Assembly: GCA_003221005.1 (NCBI GenBank)
Contig: QHTZ01000109.1
Location: forward strand, 1 to 32,393
DNA length: 32,393 nt
Direction: 5' to 3'
DNA from: Gemmatimonadota bacterium
GTDB lineage: Bacteria; Gemmatimonadota; Gemmatimonadetes; Gemmatimonadales; GWC2-71-9
Shown here: positions 1 through 8,931 of the stretch, in pieces
How the letters are laid out: each line of letters begins with the position of its first letter
Numbering within the stretch: position 1 is the stretch's first letter
The notes under the pieces: generated by a model
The model's database searches: none
What the model was told of the DNA's origin: nothing
Seen by the model: only the letters and a program-made list of their open reading frames with translations
Made by a program: the position numbers and the translations under genes

Positions 1-2
1 TG

Positions 3-272
3 TACTGGCTGGTGGTGGATCCCGCGCGGCAGCACCGGGGCGTTGGGACCCAACTGCTGGACGCAGTGGAGGAGCGACTAAGGGCTGACCGCTGCCGGCT
101 GGTAGTCGTGGAGACCTCGTCGCGTGAGGACTACGCCGCGACGCGCGCGTTCTACGAGCGGCGTGGATACGGCCGGGTCGCCGCAATCCCGGCGTACTAC
201 GCGCCCGGCGACGACCTGGTGATCTACCTCAAGGACCTGGGGCATGGAGTCCTGGCAGGAACTACTGCGTAA
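3..272 (+). CDS. GNAT family N-acetyltransferase (5'-truncated by window edge)
   Basis: Frame open from nt 3 (YWLVVDPARQHRGVGTQLL). Acetyl-CoA motif A QxRGxG, then VETSS and 'TRAFYERRGY' motif B. Overlaps the kamA start by 29 nt. Confidence 0.85.
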   Translation, partial: YWLVVDPARQHRGVGTQLLDAVEERLRADRCRLVVVETSSREDYAATRAFYERRGYGRVAAIPAYYAPGDDLVIYLKDLGHGVLAGTTA

Positions 273-1323
273 GCGCAGCCTCGCGTCGCTGGACGCGCTC
301 GTGGCCAAGTTCGGCGCCGAGCACTTCCCGGATCTCGATCGCCTGCGGCAGGCGGCCGAGAACTTCGAGTTCCGGATCGCGCCCGCCATGGTGGACCTGA
401 TCAAGTCCCCCGGCGATCCGATCTGGCGCCAGTACGTGCCGGACCTCCAGGAGCTCGAAGTGCACGATGGGCTCGTGGACTCGCTGGCCGAGGACGCGCA
501 CTCACCGGTCCCCAACATCACGCACCGCTATCCCGACCGCGCCCTGTTCCTCGTCTCTCCCGTGTGCGCTTCCTACTGTCGCTTCTGCACGCGGCGCCGC
601 AAAGTCGGGGACCCGAGCAAGATCCCCATGTCGCAGCTCGAGTCGGCGTTCCGCTACCTCGAGGAGCACCACGAGATCCGCGACGTGATCATGTCGGGCG
701 GCGACCCGCTGCTCCTCTCCGACCGGCGCATCGAGGACCTCCTCAAGCGGCTGCGCGCGATCCCGCATCTTGAGGTTGTGCGGATCGGCAGCCGCATCCC
801 CTGCCACCTCCCGGAGCGGATCACGCCGCAGCTGTGCGGCATCCTGCGCAAATACCATCCGCTCTACATCAACACGCACTTCAACCACCCGGACGAGCTG
901 ACGCCGGAGGCGGTGAAGGCCCTCGGCATGCTCGCCGACGCCGGCATCCCGCTCGGCTGCCAGACTGTACTGTTGAAGGGCGTGAATGACGATCCCGTGG
1001 TGATGAAATCCCTGATGCAGAAGCTGCTCGCCGCGCGGGTGCGGCCGTACTACATCTACATGTGCGACCAGGTGGCGGGCGCCGAACACTTCCGCACCAC
1101 CGTGGAAAAGGGACTCGAGATCATGAAGGCGCTCCGCGGCTGGACCTCGGGGCTCGCCGTGCCGCACTTCGTGATCGACGCGCCGGGGGGCGGCGGGAAG
1201 ATCCCGCTCTTGCCCGAGTACGTCGAGTCGATCACGGACGACGAGGTAGTGCTGCGTAACTACGCCGGCCAGCGCTACGTGTACAAACAGCCGAAGGAGC
1301 TGGAGCCGGCACTGGTGGGGTGA
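244..1323 (+). CDS. kamA: KamA-family radical SAM protein, lysine 2,3-aminomutase-like
   Basis: THRYPDR, CASYCRFC (CxxxCxxC) followed by TRRR, SGGDPL, HFNHP, QTVLLKGVND, PYYIYMCD and the PLP-lysine motif DAPGGGGKIP. Confidence 0.92.
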   Translation: MESWQELLRKRSLASLDALVAKFGAEHFPDLDRLRQAAENFEFRIAPAMVDLIKSPGDPIWRQYVPDLQELEVHDGLVDSLAEDAHSPVPNITHRYPDRALFLVSPVCASYCRFCTRRRKVGDPSKIPMSQLESAFRYLEEHHEIRDVIMSGGDPLLLSDRRIEDLLKRLRAIPHLEVVRIGSRIPCHLPERITPQLCGILRKYHPLYINTHFNHPDELTPEAVKALGMLADAGIPLGCQTVLLKGVNDDPVVMKSLMQKLLAARVRPYYIYMCDQVAGAEHFRTTVEKGLEIMKALRGWTSGLAVPHFVIDAPGGGGKIPLLPEYVESITDDEVVLRNYAGQRYVYKQPKELEPALVG

Positions 1324-2126
1324 CGCCGGCCGCATCGCGTCGCTGGGCCCGATTGGGATTTTACGCCGGCTTCGGCACCAGCGTGGTGCTCCTCGTGGCA
1401 TGGATGGTCGCCGCGCGCGCCGCCAACTGGGCGGACTTCGAGGACGACCCGCTGACGGGGCTGCGCCGCTTTACGTGCGCCTTCGCCTTCCCCCTCTCGT
1501 GGGCGGTGTCGCGCCTGTGGCCGGGGATCGGGTGGCGCTGGGTGGCGCTGCTCGGCCCGGGACTCAACCTCGCGTTGCTCGGCGCGGTCGCAGGTTGGTT
1601 GCAGGAGTATACCGGCCGTCACGCGCTGGTCGGGGCGATCGCGGACCGATTGCGGGACCGCGCCCATCGCCGCCGGCCTCAGGCATCGTACCGGGTGATC
1701 CTGGCCGCGACCACGGCCTGGGCGCTCGCCCCGGCGCTGCTTGGGCACTACCTCAAAGAGGACGTGGACCTATCCCGGCTCGGGCTCTACGGCTGGTCGG
1801 TGACGCATGCACCGGACTTCCTGGTGGCCGCGGGAGTCGTCGCGCTCGCGCTCCTCCTGGCGTGGCCAGCCGCTCCCAGAGCGCTGCTCGCCGCGCGCAT
1901 TGCGACCGGTTTTGGATGCCTCGGCACAGCCCTAATTGTCCCCTTGGCCGCCCTCTATAGCTACTACTTCGCCGCCATAGTCTTCTACGTTCACTCGCAC
2001 TTCTGGCTGCCGATCATCCCCCTCCTTCCCCCGCTCGTCCTCGGCGCCCTGCAGCTCGAGGTGCTGCGCATGCTCCGGAAGCCGTTCGCGCCGGACGGGC
2101 CACGGCCTCCCGGCACGCCAGCGTAG
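1320..2126 (+). CDS. Hypothetical multi-pass membrane protein
   Basis: GTGA overlap with the kamA stop. About 6-7 hydrophobic segments. Fills the gap exactly. No family recognised. Confidence 0.65.
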   Translation: MTPAASRRWARLGFYAGFGTSVVLLVAWMVAARAANWADFEDDPLTGLRRFTCAFAFPLSWAVSRLWPGIGWRWVALLGPGLNLALLGAVAGWLQEYTGRHALVGAIADRLRDRAHRRRPQASYRVILAATTAWALAPALLGHYLKEDVDLSRLGLYGWSVTHAPDFLVAAGVVALALLLAWPAAPRALLAARIATGFGCLGTALIVPLAALYSYYFAAIVFYVHSHFWLPIIPLLPPLVLGALQLEVLRMLRKPFAPDGPRPPGTPA

Positions 2127-2145
2127 GGGCAAGCCTTGCCCCTAC
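2123..2145. repeat. GTAG-type REP-like palindrome, possibly acting as an intrinsic terminator
   Basis: GTAGGGGCAAG-C-CTTGCCCCTAC has perfect 11-bp arms, contains the TAG stop of the upstream CDS, and is followed by TGGTTTTTG. Confidence 0.8.
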
Positions 2146-2172
2146 TGGTTTTTGTGACACCGTTCAGGTGCC

Positions 2173-3171
2173 ATGCGCGCCATGCTGCTCGACGCCGCCC
2201 GCCACTCCTTGCGCGCCGCGCAGATTCCCCGCCCCGAGCCCGGCCTCGGTCAGATCCTGCTCGCGGTCCAGGCCTGCGGCGTGTGTCGCACCGACCTTCA
2301 CGTCGCCGACGGCGACCTGCCAAACCCAAAGCTGCCCCTCGTCCCCGGGCACGAGATCGTCGGCACAGTCGCGGGCCTGGGAGCCGACGTTCGTGGCTGG
2401 GCGTTGGGCGAGCGTGCGGGCGTGCCCTGGCTCGGCTGGACCTGCGGCGAGTGCCGCTACTGTCGCACAGGGCGCGAGAACCTGTGCCAGCGCGCCCGCT
2501 TCACCGGCTACCACCTCGACGGCGGCTACACGGAATACACGGTCGCCGATGCGCGCTACGTCTTCCGAATCCCGGCTGACTATCAGGACCTCGAGGCCGC
2601 GCCGCTCCTCTGCGCAGGGTTGATCGGCTACCGGTCCCTCGTCGCAGCGGGTGACGCGGAGCGGCTCGGCCTGTATGGCTTCGGTGCCGCGGCCCACATC
2701 GTGGCGCAGGTCGCCCGCCACCAGGGGCGCCGCGTCTTCGCGTTCACTCGCGCCGGCGACACGACTGCGCAACGGTTCGCGCTCGAGCTCGGCGCCGCGT
2801 GGGCGGGGGATTCTGAGGCCGCGCCCCCCGAGCCGCTCGACGCAGCGATCATCTACGCGCCCGTGGGAGCGCTCGTCCCGAGCGCGCTCCGGGCCGTCGT
2901 ACCGGGCGGCACCGTCGTATGCGCCGGCATCCACATGACCGACATCCCCGCGTTCCCCTACCAGCTCCTCTGGGGCGAGCGGGTCGTCCGCTCGATCGCG
3001 AACCTCACCCGGCGGGACGGCGAGGAGTTCCTCGCTCTCGCACCCCGCGTCCCGGTGCACACGCAGATCGAGTCCTTCCCTCTCGACGAGGCGAACGAGG
3101 CCCTCAACCGGCTGCGCGCGGGAGCGGTGCGGGGTGCGGCCGTGCTCGCCGTCAACAGTCCCGCCGAATGA
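2173..3171 (+). CDS. Zinc-dependent alcohol dehydrogenase family protein (MDR)
   Basis: CGVCRTDLH, PGHEIVG, structural Zn motif CGECRYC...NLC, APLLCAG, and Rossmann-like GLYGFGAAA. Confidence 0.93.
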   Translation: MRAMLLDAARHSLRAAQIPRPEPGLGQILLAVQACGVCRTDLHVADGDLPNPKLPLVPGHEIVGTVAGLGADVRGWALGERAGVPWLGWTCGECRYCRTGRENLCQRARFTGYHLDGGYTEYTVADARYVFRIPADYQDLEAAPLLCAGLIGYRSLVAAGDAERLGLYGFGAAAHIVAQVARHQGRRVFAFTRAGDTTAQRFALELGAAWAGDSEAAPPEPLDAAIIYAPVGALVPSALRAVVPGGTVVCAGIHMTDIPAFPYQLLWGERVVRSIANLTRRDGEEFLALAPRVPVHTQIESFPLDEANEALNRLRAGAVRGAAVLAVNSPAE

Positions 3172-4322
3172 GCGAGTACGACGTCGCGGTGGTGGGCGCC
3201 GGTCCCGCAGGCAGCTCGGCGGCACTGGTGCTGGCCCGGAGTAGCGTGAAGGTCGCCCTGCTCGAGCGGGAGGCCCTCCCGCGCTACAAGACGTGCGGCG
3301 GCGGGGTCGTCTACCGCGCCGCCAGGTTCGCGGGGCTCGACCTGACCCCCGTGACCGAGCGCCCCTGCTACCGCGCGGCGCTCTACCTGCACGACCTGGG
3401 GCGCCACTACACCGTGCGGCGCGCCGAGCCGCTCATCGCGATGACGATGCGGGACCGGCTCGACCTCTTCCTGGTCGAGCGGGCGGTACAGGCGGGCGCG
3501 CGGCTGCTCGCCCCCTGTCGCGTCCGGCAGGTGGCCGCGCACGGACGCCGCGTCCGCCTCGACACCGATCGCGGAGCGCTGTGGGTGGACTTCGTGGTGG
3601 CGGCGGACGGGGCGTTGGGAGACGTCGCGCGGCTCGCGGGGTGGCACGACGACCGCCTCGCCATCCCCGCCCTCGAATACGAGATGCCGGTGGACGACGC
3701 CACGCTCCTACGGTTCGCCGAGGAGCCCCGGTTCGACGTGGGCATGGTGCCGCACGGCTACGCGTGGGTCTTCCCCAAAGCGGCGCACCTTTCGGTCGGC
3801 GTGCTGAGCACGCACCGGGGCGCGGGCGCGCGCGACCTGCACGACCAGCTGGCACGCTACCTCGCGCTCCTGGAGATCAAGGCCAGCGGAGAGGTGAAGC
3901 GGCACGGGTACGTCATTCCGGTGCGGCGCCGCTCCGGGCCGTTGGTCCGGGGCCGCATCCTGCTGGCGGGCGATGCGGCGGGCCTCGCCGATCCGCTCAC
4001 GGCCGAAGGGATCAGCTACGCGATCCGGAGCGGCCAACTGGGAGGAGCAGCCGTGGCGCAGGGGATCGGCGACGCAGCTCTCGTGCAGACCACGTATCAC
4101 ACAGACCTTCGCCGGGAGATCCTCCCCGACCTCAGAAGCGCGCGACTGCTCGCGACACTGCTGTACGAGCGGCCCGCGATCCGCCGCTGGCTGTTCCGGA
4201 CGTGGGGACAGGGCTTGAGCGAAGCCATCGCCGACGTACTGCTCGGCGCGCGGAGCTACCGCGACGTATGGGGCCTGGCGGTTCGCAGCCTCGGCCGCCG
4301 CCTCCTCGCGCCGGCGCGCTAG
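3168..4322 (+). CDS. Geranylgeranyl reductase family FAD-dependent oxidoreductase
   Basis: True start is ATG 3168 (ATGA overlap with the ADH stop). YDVAVVGAGPAGS, PRYKTCGGG, AADG, GYAWVFPK, LLAGDAAGLADPLTAEGISYAIRSG. Confidence 0.9.
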   Translation: MSEYDVAVVGAGPAGSSAALVLARSSVKVALLEREALPRYKTCGGGVVYRAARFAGLDLTPVTERPCYRAALYLHDLGRHYTVRRAEPLIAMTMRDRLDLFLVERAVQAGARLLAPCRVRQVAAHGRRVRLDTDRGALWVDFVVAADGALGDVARLAGWHDDRLAIPALEYEMPVDDATLLRFAEEPRFDVGMVPHGYAWVFPKAAHLSVGVLSTHRGAGARDLHDQLARYLALLEIKASGEVKRHGYVIPVRRRSGPLVRGRILLAGDAAGLADPLTAEGISYAIRSGQLGGAAVAQGIGDAALVQTTYHTDLRREILPDLRSARLLATLLYERPAIRRWLFRTWGQGLSEAIADVLLGARSYRDVWGLAVRSLGRRLLAPAR

Positions 4323-4331
4323 CGTCGCGCG

Positions 4332-5309
4332 TCAGGGCAGCTGCCACACCTCCACCCGGTTGCCGGGGAACACCGGGATCAGCACGCGGTTCCGCTTCGC
4401 GTCGTAGCCGATGTCGGCGGGTCCGGCGATGCCGGTGATGAGCTTCACTTCCTGACCGGTCTCATAGCTCGACACCGTGGAATCGGTCCAGCTAGACACG
4501 AGGATCTTGCCCCCCGCGACCACGACGCCGTCGAACCCTCCCGGGCCCTTCGCGATCACACTCGGCGCCCGGTCCCCCGGCTTCCAGGCCAGGATCGATC
4601 GCCCACCGAATTCCACGATCACGAAGCGCTTGCCCACGGGGTCCAACGCAATCCCGTTGGGCCGGCCCAGCGTGTCTCCTCGCACCGCCACCGTCACCGT
4701 CCGGTCAGGCGCGATGCGAAAGATGCGATCCGGGCCCGGGTGCAACACGTTGCCCACGTCGTCGAACCGGATGCCGGTATCGGTGATGTAGATCGCACCG
4801 GTCGGGGCGACGACCAGGTCGTTCAGGAACACGGCGCCCAGCTTGCTCAGGCTCACGCTGTCGATCGCGGCTCCCGTCTTCGCGTTGAAGGCGCGGACCA
4901 CGTCGATGTCGGCCACCCACAACGTGTCGCCAGCGAGCGCCAGGCCCTTCGGCGCGTTCAGGACGATGCCGTTCCGTCCACCCTCGATGAACTTGAGATT
5001 CTCGACCGCGCCGTCCGGCTTCACACGGCTGATGAAGCCGTTGTTGTCTTTCGCGAGCGGGCTGCCGTTGACGTTGGAAACGAAGTAGATGTCCTGCGTC
5101 GTGTCGTGCAGCACCGATTCCGGCGCGAGGAACCCTTCGACCGTCACGACCTTCGAGACGGACGGCGCGGACGGCGGGCTCGGCGCGGTCGCGGGCGGCG
5201 CGGGGGTCGTGACCGCCGCGACCGTGGAGTCTGCCGGGGCGCGCCGCTCGATCGGCTTGCAGGCCGCGCCCGCGAGCGCGAGGGCGGCACACAGGATGGT
5301 GACTCTCAT
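4332..5309 (-). CDS. SMP-30/gluconolactonase/LRE-family beta-propeller lipoprotein
   Basis: Start ATG 5309 overlaps the upstream stop. Signal peptide with lipobox-like LAGAAC, Pro/Thr linker, then PESV, NAPKGL, FLNDL, PNGI, DG and PADIG propeller motifs. Confidence 0.85.
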   Translation of the reverse strand: MRVTILCAALALAGAACKPIERRAPADSTVAAVTTPAPPATAPSPPSAPSVSKVVTVEGFLAPESVLHDTTQDIYFVSNVNGSPLAKDNNGFISRVKPDGAVENLKFIEGGRNGIVLNAPKGLALAGDTLWVADIDVVRAFNAKTGAAIDSVSLSKLGAVFLNDLVVAPTGAIYITDTGIRFDDVGNVLHPGPDRIFRIAPDRTVTVAVRGDTLGRPNGIALDPVGKRFVIVEFGGRSILAWKPGDRAPSVIAKGPGGFDGVVVAGGKILVSSWTDSTVSSYETGQEVKLITGIAGPADIGYDAKRNRVLIPVFPGNRVEVWQLP

Positions 5310-6658
5310 CGGTGCTCCTCCTCGGCCAGGACCTTGATGTGCCGCAGTACCCGCGTGTGAATCGCCGCGATGATGCGGCCGGCGGGCAGCGTCCAATAGC
5401 TCTGCGGGAACATCGCCACAGCGTAGGTCGTCCGCCCCTCGAGCCGCGTGCGGCCATCCGGCAACGGCGTGAGCCGGAACTCGCCGTGGGTCGCCCGGAA
5501 GTACCCGTCGAGATGCGGGGGGTTCACGTCGCGGTAGGGGCTCCACTCCCGCAGCGGCGGCGCCTGCCGCACTATGTCGAACGCCAGCACGCGGTTCTCT
5601 TCCCAGGCGGTCACCGGCTCCACGAAGCTACCCGTTGTGAAGTCGCAGTACCGCACAGCGCCCACGCCCGTCCCGTCCATTCGCGCGCGCACCGGTGCGG
5701 CGACGCCGATCCGGAACAGCCATTCGCCGGGGCGTGGGAGATCGGCGAACGATACGACGTGGCGCCACACCACGTCGGGGCGCGCAGCGATTTCCACAAC
5801 CGAAAGGACCTCGTGCGCCGGAGCCGAGGCGCGCGGCTCGGCAAGGACGAGGAGCGGCGCGAACGCCGCAGCCATCCCGGTCCGGTACGGCGGCTCCGCC
5901 CCGTGCAACGCGATCGCCCGGCCGAACAGACCACCACACACTCCGACGAAGGCGGCGAGCGGGAACGCGAGCGCGAGACAGAACGCGCCCTCGGCCGCGA
6001 ACAGGAACAGCGCGGCCGCGGCGAGCCCTAGCGCGATCAGCACGACTTCGATCGTCTGTCCCACGGTGCGCCCGTGCCGATGGTTGAACACATGGGCACT
6101 GATGTAACCGATGCTGAAGGGCGTGCCCAGGAACAGCCCCGCCGAGTAGCTCTTCTTGAGATAGACGCCGATCAGCACGCTCGGAATCGTGATCGCCAGC
6201 GACGCCGCGATGCCGAGCAGCCCGCTCTTCAAGCGGTCGCTCATCACCGGCACGGGCGCCGTCCGCCGCCACTCCGGAACCGCGGCGGTGGGAAGCAAGC
6301 TGAGCGTGACCATGAGGACGTAGTTCAAGACGGGGACGAAGAACAACAGCGCCCACCACGCCGATCTGCCCGCGTCCGCGGCGCGGCGCACCGACATTCC
6401 GAAGCCGATCCACAGAAACGGCAGCGTCCACAACGCCAGGGCGAGCATCACCCCGGGGGAGACGCCCAGCAGGACGCGCTCCCGGAGCAGCGACACGGAC
6501 CTCAGATAGTTGGCGGGGCTCCACAGCCGGCCGCTGTACGTCCAGACGAGCGCCGCGTCCGCCGCATACTTGAACAGCAGGAGCCCGGCGCCGCTCACAA
6601 CGTAGGCGCGCCGGTTCACTGGCTCGGAGAAACCGAACCAGAGGCGAAGCCACCGCAT
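5306..6658 (-). CDS. DUF805-like membrane protein with C-terminal SRPBCC/START-like domain
   Basis: Start ATG 6658 (TGATG overlap with the EF-G stop). N-terminal 'VNRRAY...SVRRAADAGRSAWW' resembles DUF805, followed by more TM helices and a C-terminal 'VEIAARPDVVW...GVGAVRYCDF...F.L.P..DGRT.L' SRPBCC-like region. Confidence 0.78.
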   Translation of the reverse strand: MRWLRLWFGFSEPVNRRAYVVSGAGLLLFKYAADAALVWTYSGRLWSPANYLRSVSLLRERVLLGVSPGVMLALALWTLPFLWIGFGMSVRRAADAGRSAWWALLFFVPVLNYVLMVTLSLLPTAAVPEWRRTAPVPVMSDRLKSGLLGIAASLAITIPSVLIGVYLKKSYSAGLFLGTPFSIGYISAHVFNHRHGRTVGQTIEVVLIALGLAAAALFLFAAEGAFCLALAFPLAAFVGVCGGLFGRAIALHGAEPPYRTGMAAAFAPLLVLAEPRASAPAHEVLSVVEIAARPDVVWRHVVSFADLPRPGEWLFRIGVAAPVRARMDGTGVGAVRYCDFTTGSFVEPVTAWEENRVLAFDIVRQAPPLREWSPYRDVNPPHLDGYFRATHGEFRLTPLPDGRTRLEGRTTYAVAMFPQSYWTLPAGRIIAAIHTRVLRHIKVLAEEEHR

Positions 6659-8757
6659 CACGACGCCTTCGCCTGTTCCAACTCCTTCTTCCGCGCTTCG
6701 GCCACCTTGTGCGCGGCGTCGGGCGGGACTTCCTGGTACACGTGGAACTTCTGCCGGTACGTCCCCCGCCCGTGGGTGAGCGAATGCAGCGTCGTCGCGT
6801 AGCGATCGAGCTCCGCCTCCGGCACGAGCGCCCGCACCTTCGTGAGCCGGCCGTCCTTGTCGCTGCCGAGGATCTGCCCGCGCCGCGACGAGAGATCGCC
6901 CATGACGGCGCCCAGGTACTCGTCGGGCGTGAAGACCTCGAGCTCGAGGATCGGCTCGAGCAGGGTGGGCCGCGCGTTCGGGCTGACGTTCCGGAATGCG
7001 AGAATGCCGGCCATCTTGAACGACTGCTCGTTCGAGTCCACGTCGTGATAGCTGCCGTCGTACAGCTCCACCTTGAAGTCCACCACGGGATACCCCGCGA
7101 TGGGGCCGCGGGCCGCTGCCTCCTGGATCCCGCGCTCCACCGCCGGGATATACTGGCGCGGAATCACGCCGCCCACGATCTCGTCCGCGAACTGGATCCC
7201 TGAGCCGCGCGGCAGCGGGGCGATGCGGATCCAGCAGTCGCCGTACTGGCCGCGGCCCCCTGTCTGCTTCTTGTGCTTCCCCTGCCCCTCCGCCCTGCCC
7301 TTGAACGTCTCGCGGTAGGCGACCTTCGGCTTGGTGATCAGGGCGTGGACGCCGAACTTCCGCGCCAGGCGACCCACGATGATCTCGAGGTGCCGCTCCC
7401 CCAGGCCGCGGATCAGCGTCTGCTGCAGCTCGCCGTTGTACTCGTGCTGGAACGTCGGGTCTTCCTCGTGCAGCTTGTGCAGTCCGTTCGAGAGCTTCTC
7501 CTCCTCGCCCCGCTGCTTCACCTCGATCGCTTCCGTGAGCACGGGCTCGGGGAACGGAATCTTGGGGAGCACCATCGCCGCGTCCTTCGTGGAGAGCGTG
7601 TCGTTGGTGTGCGTGTCGCGCAGCTTCGCGACCACGCCGATGTCCCCGGCGTGGAGCTCGGCGATCTCGACCCGGTCTTTCCCGACAGTGACGCAGAGGT
7701 GATTCAGTTTCTCCGTCGCCTCGCGCGGCGCGTTGTAAACGTCCTGGCCATTCTTCACGGTGCCCGAGTACAGCCGGAAGAAGGTCACGTCGCCGACATG
7801 GGGCTCGGAGATCGTCTTGAACACCTGCGCGACGAACGGTCCGCCGTCGTCCGGCTTGAGCGTGACCTTCTCCGCGCTCCCCCACTTGTGCGCCTCGACC
7901 GGCGGGCGCTCTCCCGGCGGGGGGAACAGCTCCACCATCTTCGACAGCAGCGCCCGAGTCCCGTACGTGAGCTCGGCCGCGCCGCAGAACAGCGGGTACA
8001 GCTCGCCCCGGGCCATGCCCGCCTTCATGGCGGCGATGGCCTCGTCACGCCCGATCTGCTCGCCACCCAGGTAGCGCTCGAGCAGCGTGTCGTCCGTCTC
8101 GGCGATCCGCTCGATCAGCTCCTTTGAGTACCGCTCGAACCGCTCCCGGTACTCCGCCGGCACGTCGACTTCCTCGTATTCCCCGTTCTTCGTCCCCTTT
8201 TTGTAGAGGTGACATTTCTGGGAGAAGAGGTTGATGATCCCGTGGAACTCCGGTCCCTCGCCGACCGGGATCTCCACCGGGATCACCTTCGGGGTGAGGG
8301 CGTCCTTGATCTGCCCGTACACGCGCTCGAAGTTCGCGTGTTCCTTGTCCATCAGGGACACAAAGAAGAGCCGGGGGATCGCTCGCCGCTCGCAGTAATC
8401 CCACACTTTCTCGGTGCCCACCTCGACGCCGCCCGTCGCCGACACGACTACCACGGCGGCGTCGGCGGCGTAGACGCCCGCCAGCGCGTCGCCGGTGAAG
8501 TCGAGGTAGCCGGGGGTGTCGATCAGGTTGAGCTTCGTCTCCATCCACTCGGCCACGCCGAGCGCCAGGTTGATGGAGTACTTGCGTTCGATCTCGTCGG
8601 GGGTGTAATCGGTGAGGGCGGTGCCGTCCTTCACGGACCCGTGGCGCTTGCTCGTTCCAGCCACGAACGCGAGGGCGTCGACCAGCGACGTCTTGCCGCT
8701 CGCGCCGTGGCCGACGACGGCCACGTTGCGGATCTCCGCGGTCCTATATACGCGCAT
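6658..8757 (-). CDS. fusA: Elongation factor G paralogue (EF-G2 / EF-G-like GTPase)
   Basis: 699 aa with GHGASGKTS, DTPGY, EEDPTF, GLGERHLE, AYRET, KKQTGGRGQYGD, DGSYHDVDSNE, LLEPI and RRGQILG. Not in an rpsL-rpsG-tuf context. Confidence 0.93.
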   Translation of the reverse strand: MRVYRTAEIRNVAVVGHGASGKTSLVDALAFVAGTSKRHGSVKDGTALTDYTPDEIERKYSINLALGVAEWMETKLNLIDTPGYLDFTGDALAGVYAADAAVVVVSATGGVEVGTEKVWDYCERRAIPRLFFVSLMDKEHANFERVYGQIKDALTPKVIPVEIPVGEGPEFHGIINLFSQKCHLYKKGTKNGEYEEVDVPAEYRERFERYSKELIERIAETDDTLLERYLGGEQIGRDEAIAAMKAGMARGELYPLFCGAAELTYGTRALLSKMVELFPPPGERPPVEAHKWGSAEKVTLKPDDGGPFVAQVFKTISEPHVGDVTFFRLYSGTVKNGQDVYNAPREATEKLNHLCVTVGKDRVEIAELHAGDIGVVAKLRDTHTNDTLSTKDAAMVLPKIPFPEPVLTEAIEVKQRGEEEKLSNGLHKLHEEDPTFQHEYNGELQQTLIRGLGERHLEIIVGRLARKFGVHALITKPKVAYRETFKGRAEGQGKHKKQTGGRGQYGDCWIRIAPLPRGSGIQFADEIVGGVIPRQYIPAVERGIQEAAARGPIAGYPVVDFKVELYDGSYHDVDSNEQSFKMAGILAFRNVSPNARPTLLEPILELEVFTPDEYLGAVMGDLSSRRGQILGSDKDGRLTKVRALVPEAELDRYATTLHSLTHGRGTYRQKFHVYQEVPPDAAHKVAEARKKELEQAKAS

Positions 8758-8825
8758 AGCGCGGGCAACTCCGGGGCTAGTGGACAGGAGAATATGACGC
8801 AGAAAACAGGGGGTGGGCTAGGCAT

Positions 8826-8931
8826 AGGCTAGACGGGTAGACGGACAGCGGTGTCTAGTCGCGAGTGGCCAGGAGAACGTCTTCCTGTAGCCTCCTACCT
8901 GCACACCGCTACCCGTCTATCCGTCTAGCCT
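8826..8931. repeat. 29-bp inverted repeat built from ~8-bp TAGACGG(G) units
   Basis: Arms 8826-8854 and 8903-8931 are complementary at 26 of 29 positions, with a 48-nt loop. The right arm contains the MFS stop codon. Confidence 0.85.

Noticed and set aside
2919-3167. N-terminal extensions in the ORF track (2919, 5546, 13864, 16531, 18895, 19491, 31448)
   Set aside because: These overlap neighbouring genes or promoters. Family motifs and start/stop overlaps define later starts.
6659-7885. 859-aa ORF 5306..7885 as a single protein
   Set aside because: The N-terminal ~400 codons are an alternative frame over EF-G and read as Arg/Gly/Ala-rich noise. The real protein starts at ATG 6658.
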